The translations under genes and the position numbers were made by a program. A stretch of DNA of 32,000 nucleotides from Puniceicoccales bacterium (lineage in GTDB: Bacteria > Verrucomicrobiota > Verrucomicrobiia > Opitutales > JAIRLG01). A model generated the notes under the pieces. It was given only the letters and a program-made list of their open reading frames with translations, had not been told where the DNA came from and made no database searches. The stretch is taken from the NCBI GenBank assembly GCA_031288595.1, contig JAITRB010000011.1:1-32000 (forward strand), written 5' to 3'. Below, one piece after another: positions 1-9,239 of the stretch; position 1 is the first letter of the stretch, and each line of letters begins with the position of its first letter.

Positions 1-61
1 TTCCGAAGGGCATCGTCTATCGCACGGCAAGAGGGAGGAAATCCCAAGGGACATCGCGGCA

Positions 62-1141
62 CTAGGGATTTTTCGGCCGAGTCGGCCGCGCCTCCATCGA
101 GATGAAGGACTTCACATAGCGGGCTCGCTCCGCATCCTCCTGCTCCCTCGAGAGATCATTTTCTCCCAGGCAGACCCGAAATGTTCCGCTGAGCAACTGG
201 CGGACCCAGCGGTCGATCCGCGATAGCCAGTCCTTCGGCAGCCATCCACCAGCGGCGGCCCATCTCAGGTATGAGAGGCAGTGGAGGGCCTCCGCAGCTC
301 CCAGCAGTTGGCAGGAGAACAGAGTCCCCCAGGCGCGATTCACCCGATCCCAAATCCTCAGGTTCTGCTGTTGCCAGAGCCGGTTCCGCTCGACAGCTTC
401 CTTGTCCCGAATAAGAACGACCGCTTCCTGCAGGGTGCGCAGGGCCTCGGCCGGAGAGCGCGAAGGCGCATCGTGAATGATTCTTACGATGGGCAGCAGT
501 TCGAGGGCGACGAAGCTGTATTCCGGACAGCTTTTCAATCCCAGCAGGGGCAGCTCGGCCATCGTCTGCTCGTAGAGTGCGCTCTCGACGATGGCCGGCA
601 AATGCAGCGTGACCGAAGCGACCAGGCCACTCCCCCAGTCCTTGGAATCCGATGAGAGATAGCCGTGCTGCAGAGAAAAGGCGTAGTCGGCATCCGCTAG
701 GGAAGAGGCCCAGCGGAAGATCTGCTTCCACAGGCGTTCCAGGCAAAGCCCTTTTTGGAAAACGCCCCAGGAGAGGTGTTGGTGCCCGCCGAGCCATAGG
801 CTGACATTCCCCCCTTCCTTCAGCAATAAATGGCTTCCCTCGTAACGGGCGGCCTCCAGGGCGGAAGTATATCCCCACTCCCGCAGCGACCAGTGCTCAT
901 CTTCGCTGAGGGACCTGAGGTCGAGGACAAGGCTTCGGCGAAAGGTCGATAGTTTTCGCAGGCGTGCTGCCCACTTCCTGCTGAAATCCCGCCGTTCATC
1001 CGGACTCAGGCGTTCCGGAAAGGGAAGATCTCTGAGATTTCGCGAGAGCCGAAGATGGGTCCGCAGGACGATCGGTTCGCTGGCCGTGTCAGCCCTTTCC
1101 TCCGACTGCCACTTCAGCCAAAAGTCCCGAAGGGCCGTCAC
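62..1141 (-). CDS. mcsB: McsB-like protein (protein-arginine-kinase / ATP:guanido phosphotransferase fold) with degenerate catalytic motifs
   Basis: 359-aa ORF with a GTG start that overlaps the upstream stop (GTGA). The blocks LRLSRNLRDLPFP, DYAFSLQHGYLSS..GSGLVASVTLHLP and C-terminal RAWGTLFSC..EALHCLSYLR line up with Bacillus McsB as I remember it. It lies directly downstream of an McsA-like gene. Confidence 0.65.
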   Translation of the reverse strand: MTALRDFWLKWQSEERADTASEPIVLRTHLRLSRNLRDLPFPERLSPDERRDFSRKWAARLRKLSTFRRSLVLDLRSLSEDEHWSLREWGYTSALEAARYEGSHLLLKEGGNVSLWLGGHQHLSWGVFQKGLCLERLWKQIFRWASSLADADYAFSLQHGYLSSDSKDWGSGLVASVTLHLPAIVESALYEQTMAELPLLGLKSCPEYSFVALELLPIVRIIHDAPSRSPAEALRTLQEAVVLIRDKEAVERNRLWQQQNLRIWDRVNRAWGTLFSCQLLGAAEALHCLSYLRWAAAGGWLPKDWLSRIDRWVRQLLSGTFRVCLGENDLSREQEDAERARYVKSFISMEARPTRPKNP

Positions 1142-1659
1142 GGATGCTCTTGTTCCAGCTGTCGGATGCGATCTCGCAGAACGGCCGCTGTCTCAAACTG
1201 CTCCCGCCGCACCGCGCGCTTCAGCTGCGATTTCAGAAGGGACAGCGCATCGCCATCATAGGAGGCGAATCCGGAAAAGGAGAGGTTGAAGATATAGCCT
1301 TGCGCCTGGGACGGAATGCTACCCAGAACGTCATCCCCCTGGGGGCGAGCGATGGAAGGACAGGGCGAATCCTTCTGCTCCGATGGGAGAAATTCCTCCA
1401 GACAGCGACTGCAGCCGATACGCCGGGAGCGGAAGAATTCCTTCCATTTCATCCCGCAGCAGGAACAGGTCTTGGTTGCAAAGGGGGCCCAGGCATGCGA
1501 CTGTTCCAAGAGCTCGGCGAACGGGTCTTCTGCTGATGGGTCGCAGCGCTGCGCGCAGGCCGTACACAACTCCATGCATAGGCTCAAGCCGCCATCATTG
1601 CGAACGAGGCGTAGCTGGGCCGGTCTTCCGCAGAGGTGACACGGGATAGGGTCTTCCAT
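1138..1659 (-). CDS. mcsA: McsA-like zinc-finger / UVR-domain protein
   Basis: 173 aa with an ATG start. It has two CxxC..CxxC zinc-finger units (CHLCG..CTAC; CSCCGMKWKEFFRSRRIGCSRC) and a C-terminal UVR-like helix (EQFETAAVLRDRIRQLEQ). The stop overlaps the mcsB-like start by 4 nt. Confidence 0.7.
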   Translation of the reverse strand: MEDPIPCHLCGRPAQLRLVRNDGGLSLCMELCTACAQRCDPSAEDPFAELLEQSHAWAPFATKTCSCCGMKWKEFFRSRRIGCSRCLEEFLPSEQKDSPCPSIARPQGDDVLGSIPSQAQGYIFNLSFSGFASYDGDALSLLKSQLKRAVRREQFETAAVLRDRIRQLEQEHP

Positions 1660-1692
1660 GGGCCGAATTTTTAAATGAAAATGCCCGGAAGG

Positions 1693-2775
1693 TCAATGGC
1701 CGATGCGCTCCACATTGAGCCTGTATTTCTTGATCCCCTCCACTATCGCCCCAGCAAGTCTCTCGCGATTTTCCGGTTTTGAAAAAATTTCGAAATCCTG
1801 AGCATTGCTCATGAATCCTCCTTCGACCAATACCGACGGGCAGGGGTTATTTCTCAAGACCTGAAAGCGCGCCGCCTTGATACCGCGATTTTCCAAATTC
1901 GGAAAGGCATCGTGTATGCAGGAAGAAATGGCATAGGCCTCTATCGTATTGCCGGCCGCAAAGGGGTGATTGCCAAGCGAAACCGGGGCATTTCCTCTCT
2001 GGCGGTTGCCGGCGTGCGTAGCGGGAGCGCCTGGGATGGGAAAGGTGAAGATTTCAAATCCTTTGGCTCCGGCATTGGGATAGGCGTTGAAGTGAAGGCT
2101 GAGGAATAGGTCCGGCTGCGCCCGTTTCGTCACCGCCGCACGGTCGGCCAACGGGACAAATTTATCCCCCTCTCTCGTCAGGATCACCCGATAGCCCAGC
2201 GAGGACAATTGCTGCCGTAGGCGCCGGACGACGTCCCATGTCCAGGTCTTCTCGCTGACCCCACGAGCCACGGCGCCCGAATCCTTGCCCCCGTGACCGG
2301 CATCCAGGACGACGGTTCTCGGCACGGGAATTTTGGCCGTGATGCCCTGTGGATGGATCAACGGCTGAATCTTCGACTCAAAATCGTCCCTGCTGACGTA
2401 GAGCTCTTGTCTTTCCCGAAAAAAGGGAAAGCTGAGGAAGATCTTGCAGCCGTTGTAGAGGAAATAGCTTCCATCTTGACCAAAGGACATTTCCGCCGTA
2501 CCCCGATGGACTTTTAATCTTCGCGGATCGGGCTTCTCCGAACAGCAGTCCGGAGGAAGTGATGAGGGAAGGGCGAGGTACTCTCTGCCCTGCCGCCAGG
2601 TGCAGACGGTCTTGCTCCGGCTGACGCTGGGGCTTGCGACCTTTGCCGGAATGGGAACAACCTGCTTGCGGAATGGCCATACTGCGACGCCCCCTGCCTT
2701 GCCGGCCCCCGCCGTGGGCGCAAGGCCGTACAGACAGGCAATCCCGAGTGCAGTTAGGAGGTGATTTTTTCTCAT
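1693..2775 (-). CDS. N-acetylmuramoyl-L-alanine amidase (Amidase_3 family), secreted
   Basis: 360 aa with an N-terminal signal peptide (LLTALGIACLYGLAPTAGA). The C-terminal half carries VVLDAGHGGKDSGA, LFLSLHFNA and PSVLVEGGFMSN, which are typical Amidase_3 zinc-ligand blocks. Confidence 0.85.
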   Translation of the reverse strand: MRKNHLLTALGIACLYGLAPTAGAGKAGGVAVWPFRKQVVPIPAKVASPSVSRSKTVCTWRQGREYLALPSSLPPDCCSEKPDPRRLKVHRGTAEMSFGQDGSYFLYNGCKIFLSFPFFRERQELYVSRDDFESKIQPLIHPQGITAKIPVPRTVVLDAGHGGKDSGAVARGVSEKTWTWDVVRRLRQQLSSLGYRVILTREGDKFVPLADRAAVTKRAQPDLFLSLHFNAYPNAGAKGFEIFTFPIPGAPATHAGNRQRGNAPVSLGNHPFAAGNTIEAYAISSCIHDAFPNLENRGIKAARFQVLRNNPCPSVLVEGGFMSNAQDFEIFSKPENRERLAGAIVEGIKKYRLNVERIGH

Positions 2776-2800
2776 CTCTTCGCCGGAGTGGCCTTGCGTT

Positions 2801-3430
2801 TTAGGAGGCTCGCGGAGCCGAGCTTGGCAAATCCACCTGAAGCGTAGTGCTTACACTCGGCTTAAGTCTGTTCGCCGAGGATTTGGGAGAGAACATCACC
2901 GCAATTTCACGGCCGGAGAGACGGGGCTCCGCATCGGGTGTGCCATAGGCACTCAGCTCCGCCATGGCCCGTCGGATGATGTCTAGACCGAATGCCTGAC
3001 GTTCCATCTCTCGAAATCGCAGGATCAAGGCGATTTTCAGCTTGTTTCCCTCCTGGAGAAAGGCGATGCCGTGCTTGACCTTGGTCTCGAAGTCGTGAGC
3101 CTCGATGTTGAGCCGAAATTTCACCTCCTTCAGCCGCGAGGACGAATCCTTTTGGCCCTTCTGCCTCTTCCCCTCCTCGTACTGATGCTTGCCGAAATCC
3201 GCGATCTTGCAGACCGGCGGATTGGCATTGGGGCTGATCTCGATCAGGTCTAATCCGCAATCCCTGGCCAGGCGCAGCGCTTCGCCGATGGACAAAATGC
3301 CCAGTTGCTTCCCCTCCGGATTGATCACCCGCACTGCCTCGGCGCGGATCCGCTCGTTTTTTCGGATAAAAGGTTCCCGCGGGCGCTTACCATAGTGAGC
3401 TCTGGGCCTGAAGGACGAGGTACCGGACAT
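2801..3430 (-). CDS. infC: translation initiation factor IF-3
   Basis: Motifs IRAEAVRVINPEGKQLGILSIGEALRLARDCGLDLIEISPNANPPVCKIADFGKHQYE and LKEVKFRLNIEAHDFETK. The start is uncertain. The ORF opens at TTG 3484, which adds an implausible 18-aa hydrophobic extension, so ATG 3430 is used here. IF-3 genes often use atypical start codons. Confidence 0.85.
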   Translation of the reverse strand: MSGTSSFRPRAHYGKRPREPFIRKNERIRAEAVRVINPEGKQLGILSIGEALRLARDCGLDLIEISPNANPPVCKIADFGKHQYEEGKRQKGQKDSSSRLKEVKFRLNIEAHDFETKVKHGIAFLQEGNKLKIALILRFREMERQAFGLDIIRRAMAELSAYGTPDAEPRLSGREIAVMFSPKSSANRLKPSVSTTLQVDLPSSAPRAS

Positions 3431-3620
3431 GCAAAAACTAAAAACTGAGAGGGCTAGGATAGTGAGAATCGAGAGCCTTGACAATGCTTTTCATCGCCTC
3501 AACCCATCGTCCGATGGGACGCGATAGAAATTTCCAGCATTTCCCAGATTGCAGAAAAGTGCGAACCGGATACTCGGAACAGTTCCGGAAATTTTTCGAA
3601 GCCGGGCCCAAGGCCAAAGA

Positions 3621-5315
3621 CTAGGATTTTTTCTCCTCTTCTTGGGCGGAGACATGGGTCTTTTCGAATCGATTGAATATCTCGCTCAAACTATTCATCT
3701 CCTGGGCACTCTGGAGCTTATCCAGGCTCTGGACCTCTTCTTCCAGCTTCTGCTCATCGTAGTGGGCGGCCTTGATCGACAGCCCGATGCGGTGCTCCTC
3801 GCGATCGGCCAGGATCACCCGCGCATTCAGCTCCTGCCCGATGGGAAACATCTTCTTGATCTTACCGAGGTCGCTTTCGCCGATTTGGCTGATGTGCACG
3901 AGGCCCTCGATGCCCTCCTCCAGCTCGACGAAGAGCCCATAGGAGGTGATTTTGTGCAGCTTGCCGCTGACCAGTTTCCCGATGGGGAAATGCCTCTCGA
4001 TCTGCTCCCAGGGGTCGGGTTTCAATTGCTTCATGCCCAGGGCGATCTGCTGTTGGGCGCGATCCACCTTTAGCACCACCGCTTCCACTTCATCCCCTAC
4101 TGCCACGAGGTCCGCAGGAGAGGCCACGTGTTTCGTCCAGCTCATGTCCGAGACGTGCACCATGCCGTCGATGCCCTCTTCCAAACCCACGAAGGCGCCG
4201 TAGGCTGTCAGATTGCGCACGACTCCGCGGACGCGGGCGCCGACCGGATAATTGTGCGGCACCATGTCCCAGGGATTCTCCTCCAATTGGCGCAAGCTGA
4301 GCGATATTTTCTGATTTTCCTTGTCGACTCCCAGCACCACCGCCGTTACCTCCTCGCCGACCTTGAGCACATCGCTGGGCCTGATGACGCGTTTCGTCCA
4401 GGACATCTCGCTCGTGTGGATCAGGCCCTCGACCCCCTCCTCCAGCTCGACAAAGGCCCCGTAGTGAATTAAATTGACGACCTTGCCCTTGACCTGGCCG
4501 CCGATGGGATAGCGGTGCACCGCTTCCTCCCAGGGATTGGGCTTCGTTTGCTTCAGGCCCAGCGAGACGCGCTCGCGTTCCAGGTCGATGTCGATGACCA
4601 TCACGTCGATCGCCTCGCCCACTGAGACGATGGACGACGGATGGGAGACGCGCTTCCAGGACATGTCCGTGACGTGCAGCAAACCGTCGATCCCGTCAAG
4701 ATCGACAAAGGCACCGTAGTCCATGACATTTTTGACGATGCCGCGGCGCACATCCCCAACCCGAATCGAGGTCAGGAGATTTTGGCGCTTGAGCTGGCGC
4801 TCCTCTTCGATCAGCTCTCGGCGCGAGACGATCACATTCCGCCGGTCACGGTTGACCTTGACGATCTTGAAATCGTAGGTCTTGCCGATGTACTGGTCGA
4901 GATCTCTGGGTGCCTGGACATCGATCTGAGAAGCCGGACAAAAGGCATCGACGCCGATGTGGACCACCAGACCTCCCTTGATCTTGCCCTTGATGCGGCC
5001 AGCTATGACTGAGCCCTCCTGGCAGTTCTCGATGATCAGGGTCCAGTTCTTCTGCTGTTCAGCCCGATCGAAGGACAGGAGCGGTGTCCCATTCTTATCC
5101 TCCAGCTTTTCGAGAAAAACCTCAATGGTCTCGCCGATACTGATGGTGTTAATGTCGCTGAACTCCGCGGCTGGGATCAGACCCTCAGCCTTGAGACCGA
5201 TGTCGACCTTGACGACATTGTCGCGGATTTCCGTAACCGTCCCCGGAACGATGCTCCTCGGCTTTAAGGTTTTTATAGGATGTTGAGAGAGGAGCTCTCT
5301 CATCGTGTCTGCCAT
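3621..5315 (-). CDS. rpsA: 30S ribosomal protein S1 (six S1 domains)
   Basis: Repeated S1-domain pattern (G.V..V...GAFV.L..G..GL.H.S....). The start is set at ATG 5315 (MADTMRELL), preceded by AGGAG. The 95 upstream codons in the ORF track run through a structured repeat and are rejected. Confidence 0.92.
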   Translation of the reverse strand: MADTMRELLSQHPIKTLKPRSIVPGTVTEIRDNVVKVDIGLKAEGLIPAAEFSDINTISIGETIEVFLEKLEDKNGTPLLSFDRAEQQKNWTLIIENCQEGSVIAGRIKGKIKGGLVVHIGVDAFCPASQIDVQAPRDLDQYIGKTYDFKIVKVNRDRRNVIVSRRELIEEERQLKRQNLLTSIRVGDVRRGIVKNVMDYGAFVDLDGIDGLLHVTDMSWKRVSHPSSIVSVGEAIDVMVIDIDLERERVSLGLKQTKPNPWEEAVHRYPIGGQVKGKVVNLIHYGAFVELEEGVEGLIHTSEMSWTKRVIRPSDVLKVGEEVTAVVLGVDKENQKISLSLRQLEENPWDMVPHNYPVGARVRGVVRNLTAYGAFVGLEEGIDGMVHVSDMSWTKHVASPADLVAVGDEVEAVVLKVDRAQQQIALGMKQLKPDPWEQIERHFPIGKLVSGKLHKITSYGLFVELEEGIEGLVHISQIGESDLGKIKKMFPIGQELNARVILADREEHRIGLSIKAAHYDEQKLEEEVQSLDKLQSAQEMNSLSEIFNRFEKTHVSAQEEEKKS

Positions 5316-5462
5316 GAACTTGAATCTCCTGAAGGAGGGTTGAAGGTTATTCCCGTCTACCGCCGGCCCCCTGCCGAACGAGGCGGAAGGGTGCACGATG
5401 CGCATTTTTTGCAAAAAACAAGCCCTTTGTTCGCCGAGCCTATGTCCCTGGAGCATTCTCCC

Positions 5463-5559
5463 GCTTCGCCGCCTTTGTGCCCCCGGGCCAGCAATCGCTG
5501 GCCCGGGGGCCTGCCCGCGCAGCGGGCAGGAATCCCTGTGGGATTCCAAAGGCGGCGAA
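5463..5559 (-). repeat. Four-way-junction extragenic palindromic element, copy D (inverted relative to copies A-C)
   Basis: Read on the plus strand: CTTCGCCGCCTTTG / CCCCCGGGCCAGC-aatc-GCTGGCCCGGGGG / CCTGCCCGC-gca-GCGGGCAGG / AATCCC-tgt-GGGATT / CAAAGGCGGCGAAG. All stems are perfect. It lies in the divergent rpsA-mreB spacer. Confidence 0.8.
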
Positions 5560-5721
5560 GGAAAACAAGCTTCAACGAAAACTCTTCCGATCACAGCCAC
5601 CGAGAAGGACAGAGGCCGTCAAATGGACACTTGCCATGGGGGAAATTTTCCGTTCCCTGGCTCCAGGTAGCTGGGTGCCGTGATCCGTATCCCCATCCAC
5701 TCGGCCTGGCTCCAGTCCGTC

Positions 5722-6762
5722 ATGCGATTTTTCTCTCAGGCCAAGAGCTTTCTGGGGCGCGTCTTCAGCTTTCTGTCCCACGACATAGGCATCGACCTCG
5801 GCACGGCCAATACGCTCGTCTTCGTCAAGGACAAGGGCATCGTCCTGCATGAACCCAGCGTCGTCGCCATCTACAGCCAATCCCGCAAGGTAAGGGCAGT
5901 GGGGGCCGAAGCCAAGCGCATGCTCGGCCGCACGCCCGGGAGCATTGTGGCCCTTCGCCCGATGAAAGATGGGGTCATCGCCGACTTCGAGGTCACCGAA
6001 GCCATGCTGCGCTACTTCATCAAAAAGGCCTCGAAGGTGATGGAGTTCATCCCCCCGCGGGTTGTCATCGCCGTGCCCTCCGGCATCACGGAAGTCGAGC
6101 GCCGTGCCGTCAAGGAATCCGCCATCCGCGCGGGTGCGAGGGATGTACTCCTGCTCCAGGAACCCACGGCTGCCGCCATCGGCGTGGGCCTGCCCATCGA
6201 CGAGCCCACCGCCAACATGATCGTGGACATCGGGGGTGGAACCACAGAAGTGGCCATTCTCTCCCTGAACGGCATCGTCTTTTCCAAGAGCATCCGGGTG
6301 GGCGGTGACGAGCTGGACAATGCCATCATCGACTACATCAAGAAGAAGTATGGCCTCATCATCGGCGAGCGCACCGCTGAGGAGATCAAGATCAGCATCG
6401 GCTCGGCAGCCCCACTGGAGGAGGAGCTCTCGATGAAGATCAAGGGCCGTGACAGCCTGATCTGCCTGCCTAAAACCCTGTCCATCCATTCCGCCGAGAT
6501 CCGCGAGGCCATGCAGGATCCCCTTGCCCTGATCATCGACAGCATCCGCAGTGCCCTCGAATTCTGCCCTCCGGAGCTCTCGGCCGATCTGGTCGATCGC
6601 GGCATCATTCTCGCCGGCGGAGGTTCCATGATCCGCCGACTGGATCACCTCTTGCGCGACGCGACGGGTCTGCCCGTCATCCCCTCCGAAGACCCACTTC
6701 GGGCGGTCGCCAACGGGACGGGAACCGTTCTGCAGGATCTCGGTCTGTGGTTAAATGAATGA
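5722..6762 (+). CDS. mreB: rod-shape determining actin homologue MreB
   Basis: Motifs DIGIDLGTANTLVFVKDKGIVLHEPSVVA, PRVVIAVPSGITEVERRAV, DIGGGTTEVAI and ILAGGGS. ATG 5722 is chosen as start; GTG 5680 is also open. The N-terminus is about 10 aa longer than E. coli MreB. Confidence 0.92.
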   Translation: MRFFSQAKSFLGRVFSFLSHDIGIDLGTANTLVFVKDKGIVLHEPSVVAIYSQSRKVRAVGAEAKRMLGRTPGSIVALRPMKDGVIADFEVTEAMLRYFIKKASKVMEFIPPRVVIAVPSGITEVERRAVKESAIRAGARDVLLLQEPTAAAIGVGLPIDEPTANMIVDIGGGTTEVAILSLNGIVFSKSIRVGGDELDNAIIDYIKKKYGLIIGERTAEEIKISIGSAAPLEEELSMKIKGRDSLICLPKTLSIHSAEIREAMQDPLALIIDSIRSALEFCPPELSADLVDRGIILAGGGSMIRRLDHLLRDATGLPVIPSEDPLRAVANGTGTVLQDLGLWLNE

Positions 6763-7646
6763 AGCATGGACTCCTTTCTAGGATCTTGCATTCCACTTCT
6801 CGATCGCTCCTTCTCTACAGTGCCCTAGGGGTACTGGTCTTGGGGCTCCTTCTCGCTCCAGATACTCCCTTCGAGGGGACTTTGTGCCTACAGCAAGCCT
6901 GCCAGCACGCCTTTCATTTCTCCTCGCGGCTGTGGTGTGCCCTGACGGGGAAAACGGAGCTCGTTCGGGAGAACAAGGCGCTGCGGGAGCAGTGCCAGTA
7001 CTACGCCTATCGCCTACGGGAACAGCGTGGAGAAAAGCAGGTTCTGAAGCGCCTCGCCTCGCTCCTGCCCCTCGAGATCGATGAGCGCTTTCGCCACGTG
7101 TATGCCCGTGTACTCCGCCGAAATGTCCAGTGGTGGTGGAATACGATCTGGATCGACAAAGGCCGTGACGACGGCATTGCCGAGAACTGCGGAGTCCTGT
7201 CTGCCTACGGCGTCGTCGGGAAGATCCATCAGGTTTTCCGAAACACTGCCATTGTCGAGCTGATCACGAGTCCCAGGTTCCGTTCCGTCGTCCACGTCGA
7301 AGGGGATCTGCGCCCCATCCTCTATGAGGGTCAGGCCTCGGCACCATGGTCCCTCGCCGTCCCTCGAGGCAGATTGTCCCAGCTCCCTCAGGATTTTCAT
7401 AGAGGATACACCCAGCAGCCGCTCCGCATCGTTTCCTCCGATCTCAGCGGCACTTTTCCAGATGGCATCAGCTATGGGAGCAGCTGGCTTAAGGATGACC
7501 CCTGCGATCAGGAGCAGAGGGTCCCCGTCGCTCTTTTCCCCGAAATTCAATCGCTGCGGGAGCTCATCGTTCTCCTTCCAGGCTGCGGTTCGGAGGAAAG
7601 CGACGAGAGGACAGGGAATTTCCCCTCTTCCGCGATTGCCGATTGA
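6759..7646 (+). CDS. mreC: rod-shape determining protein MreC
   Basis: The ATG overlaps the mreB stop (ATGA). It has an N-terminal TM segment, a coiled-coil (LVRENKALREQCQYYAYRLRE) and a beta-rich core (GVVGKIHQVFRNTAIVELITSPRFRSVVHV) typical of MreC. Confidence 0.75.
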   Translation: MKHGLLSRILHSTSRSLLLYSALGVLVLGLLLAPDTPFEGTLCLQQACQHAFHFSSRLWCALTGKTELVRENKALREQCQYYAYRLREQRGEKQVLKRLASLLPLEIDERFRHVYARVLRRNVQWWWNTIWIDKGRDDGIAENCGVLSAYGVVGKIHQVFRNTAIVELITSPRFRSVVHVEGDLRPILYEGQASAPWSLAVPRGRLSQLPQDFHRGYTQQPLRIVSSDLSGTFPDGISYGSSWLKDDPCDQEQRVPVALFPEIQSLRELIVLLPGCGSEESDERTGNFPSSAIAD

Positions 7647-7682
7647 CGAGGCCCCTTTCGGGGCTTTCCTCAGGGGCGGTTT

Positions 7683-8753
7683 ATGGATTTGCGTATAGTT
7701 TTGTTCCTCCATCTATGGGGAGCTCTGGCCTGCGCCGAACCCTTTTTCGTCGAGGTACCGTCAGAGAAAGCGAATAGTCCGCCTATCCTTGAATTCACGG
7801 AAACGGGAAAACAGATCACCCGAATCTTGCGATTGGAAGAGGACATAAAACCCAAGGAATTCATCGCCTATGCCACCCACCGTCCTTCCTGTACTCCGTG
7901 TACGTCCTGGCAAGAAGACGGCGGAGATCTGGGGCTCAAATGCCCCCCCGAAGACCTCTACGACACCCTGCAAAGGTGTGGCTGGATCGACGAGAGATCT
8001 CTCTCAGCTGCTTCCTATTTCGGCTGCATCATCATCTTGGGCGGGACGATTCCGGGCATGCGCAACCGTATTCACTTGATCCTTCGCCTGTTGCGCGAGC
8101 AGAAAATTCTCGGCGAACCGAAGATATGCTTTTTGACCAGCGAAAGGCCGTTGACGGCCTACGATGGCAAGGGATTTTCTCAAGAGCTTCAGGAGCATGG
8201 CTGCAGTGCCACGGAATCCAGTGCGGCCCACTATCTGTGGGAGGGTATTGTCCCTTCCCGCTACGCCTTCAAGTGCGAGTTCATCAATACCATGAATGAA
8301 GATTCCCTCCAAAAGACCGGCACAAGGGAGATTCTAACTTCATGCATTCACTGGCTCAAGTCTCAGGCTGGTAGCAACTCCTGGCACATCCTTTTAGTGG
8401 GCAGCCAGCCCTGGCTCCAACATCAGAGATTGGTCTTCGAACATGTATTGCGCCAGTGTTTCCCTCAATTTTTCCAGGATGGCGGAATCCTGGAGATCAT
8501 CGGTATTCCGGCGCCGGCTATGTACTTCAGGAGCGGAGCGCGGCGTTCTGAGGCCTTCAAGATCAATGTATTATGGTCCAGCATTGCTCAAACCGTCGGC
8601 GAGGAATGGGAAATCCTAAAGCTCATGAACCCAGAGCTGCTCTTATCCCAAGCGGTCATCACTGCCGGATCGCAGGCAAATCCGACCGATGCTGCAGCCC
8701 CATATCCCTCAGCAGCGTTACCCCATCATTCTCCCTCGAGTGCAGATCAGTGA
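7683..8753 (+). CDS. secreted protein, possibly DUF218/YdcF (ElyC/SanA-like) fold
   Basis: 356 aa with a signal peptide (VLFLHLWGALACAEP). The blocks CIIILGGTIPGMRNRIHLILRLL, ATESSAAHYLW, INT..T.E and ILLVGSQPWLQHQRLVFE resemble the DUF218 pattern. The family call is from motif memory only. Confidence 0.5.
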   Translation: MDLRIVLFLHLWGALACAEPFFVEVPSEKANSPPILEFTETGKQITRILRLEEDIKPKEFIAYATHRPSCTPCTSWQEDGGDLGLKCPPEDLYDTLQRCGWIDERSLSAASYFGCIIILGGTIPGMRNRIHLILRLLREQKILGEPKICFLTSERPLTAYDGKGFSQELQEHGCSATESSAAHYLWEGIVPSRYAFKCEFINTMNEDSLQKTGTREILTSCIHWLKSQAGSNSWHILLVGSQPWLQHQRLVFEHVLRQCFPQFFQDGGILEIIGIPAPAMYFRSGARRSEAFKINVLWSSIAQTVGEEWEILKLMNPELLLSQAVITAGSQANPTDAAAPYPSAALPHHSPSSADQ

Positions 8754-8981
8754 TTCAGTGCGAATTCGCTCTCTAGGGACTGCCCCCCTGGGCGAAGAAT
8801 CCATCTCTTCAGGTCTCCCCACGACACCCAATCTACCGCCACAATAAAAGAGCTCGTCCAGGCATGCCTTCAGGTTCTTCGAGCATCACTGCATTTTGAG
8901 CGTAATTGAGCGGAAGATAGGCGCTATGAATAGACTTGCTGTCGTGCGGCAGGCCGTAATCATCCTCGGACAAGCGACAGA

Positions 8982-9058
8982 GGGGGATTAGCTCAGCTGG
9001 TTAGAGCGCCTGCTTCACACGCAGGAGGTCGGTGGTTCGAGTCCACCATCTCCCACCA
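8982..9058 (+). tRNA. tRNA-Val (anticodon CAC), CCA encoded
   Basis: Hand-folded cloverleaf: GGGGGAT/ATCTCCC acceptor (one G:U), GCTC..GAGC D arm, CCTGC-ttCACac-GCAGG anticodon arm, GGTGG-TTCGAGT-CCACC T arm, then ACCA. Confidence 0.92.
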
Positions 9059-9239
9059 GGAGGCTGCCACCCAGCTGCCAAGCGTAAATTTCTGGCTTAA
9101 AAGAACACTTCCGTTCCCAGGGAAACTCGCCCTAAACCACGCCCATTCCCAGAAGCATGCTGGCCATAACCCCATCATCAGCTCGGCGCCATCGAATAAT
9201 GGCCCGCGAGCGATACATCCCCCTCAAAGGCTCATGTAC

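Noticed and set aside
1-61. Start of a further minus-strand gene downstream of mcsB (clpC would be expected by analogy with Firmicutes)
   Set aside because: Only about 50 nt are available. Two candidate ATGs give uninformative peptides, so nothing can be supported.
5316-5600. 95-codon N-terminal extension of rpsA in the ORF track
   Set aside because: The translation is Arg/Pro/Gly-rich and reads straight through structured repeat copy D. A good ATG with an AGGAG SD at 5315 begins the conserved S1 sequence.
5572-6648. 358-aa ORF on the minus strand opposite mreB
   Set aside because: It is the antisense mirror of a strongly conserved gene. Its Asp/Gly/Ala/His-rich low-complexity translation is typical of open antisense frames in GC-rich DNA.
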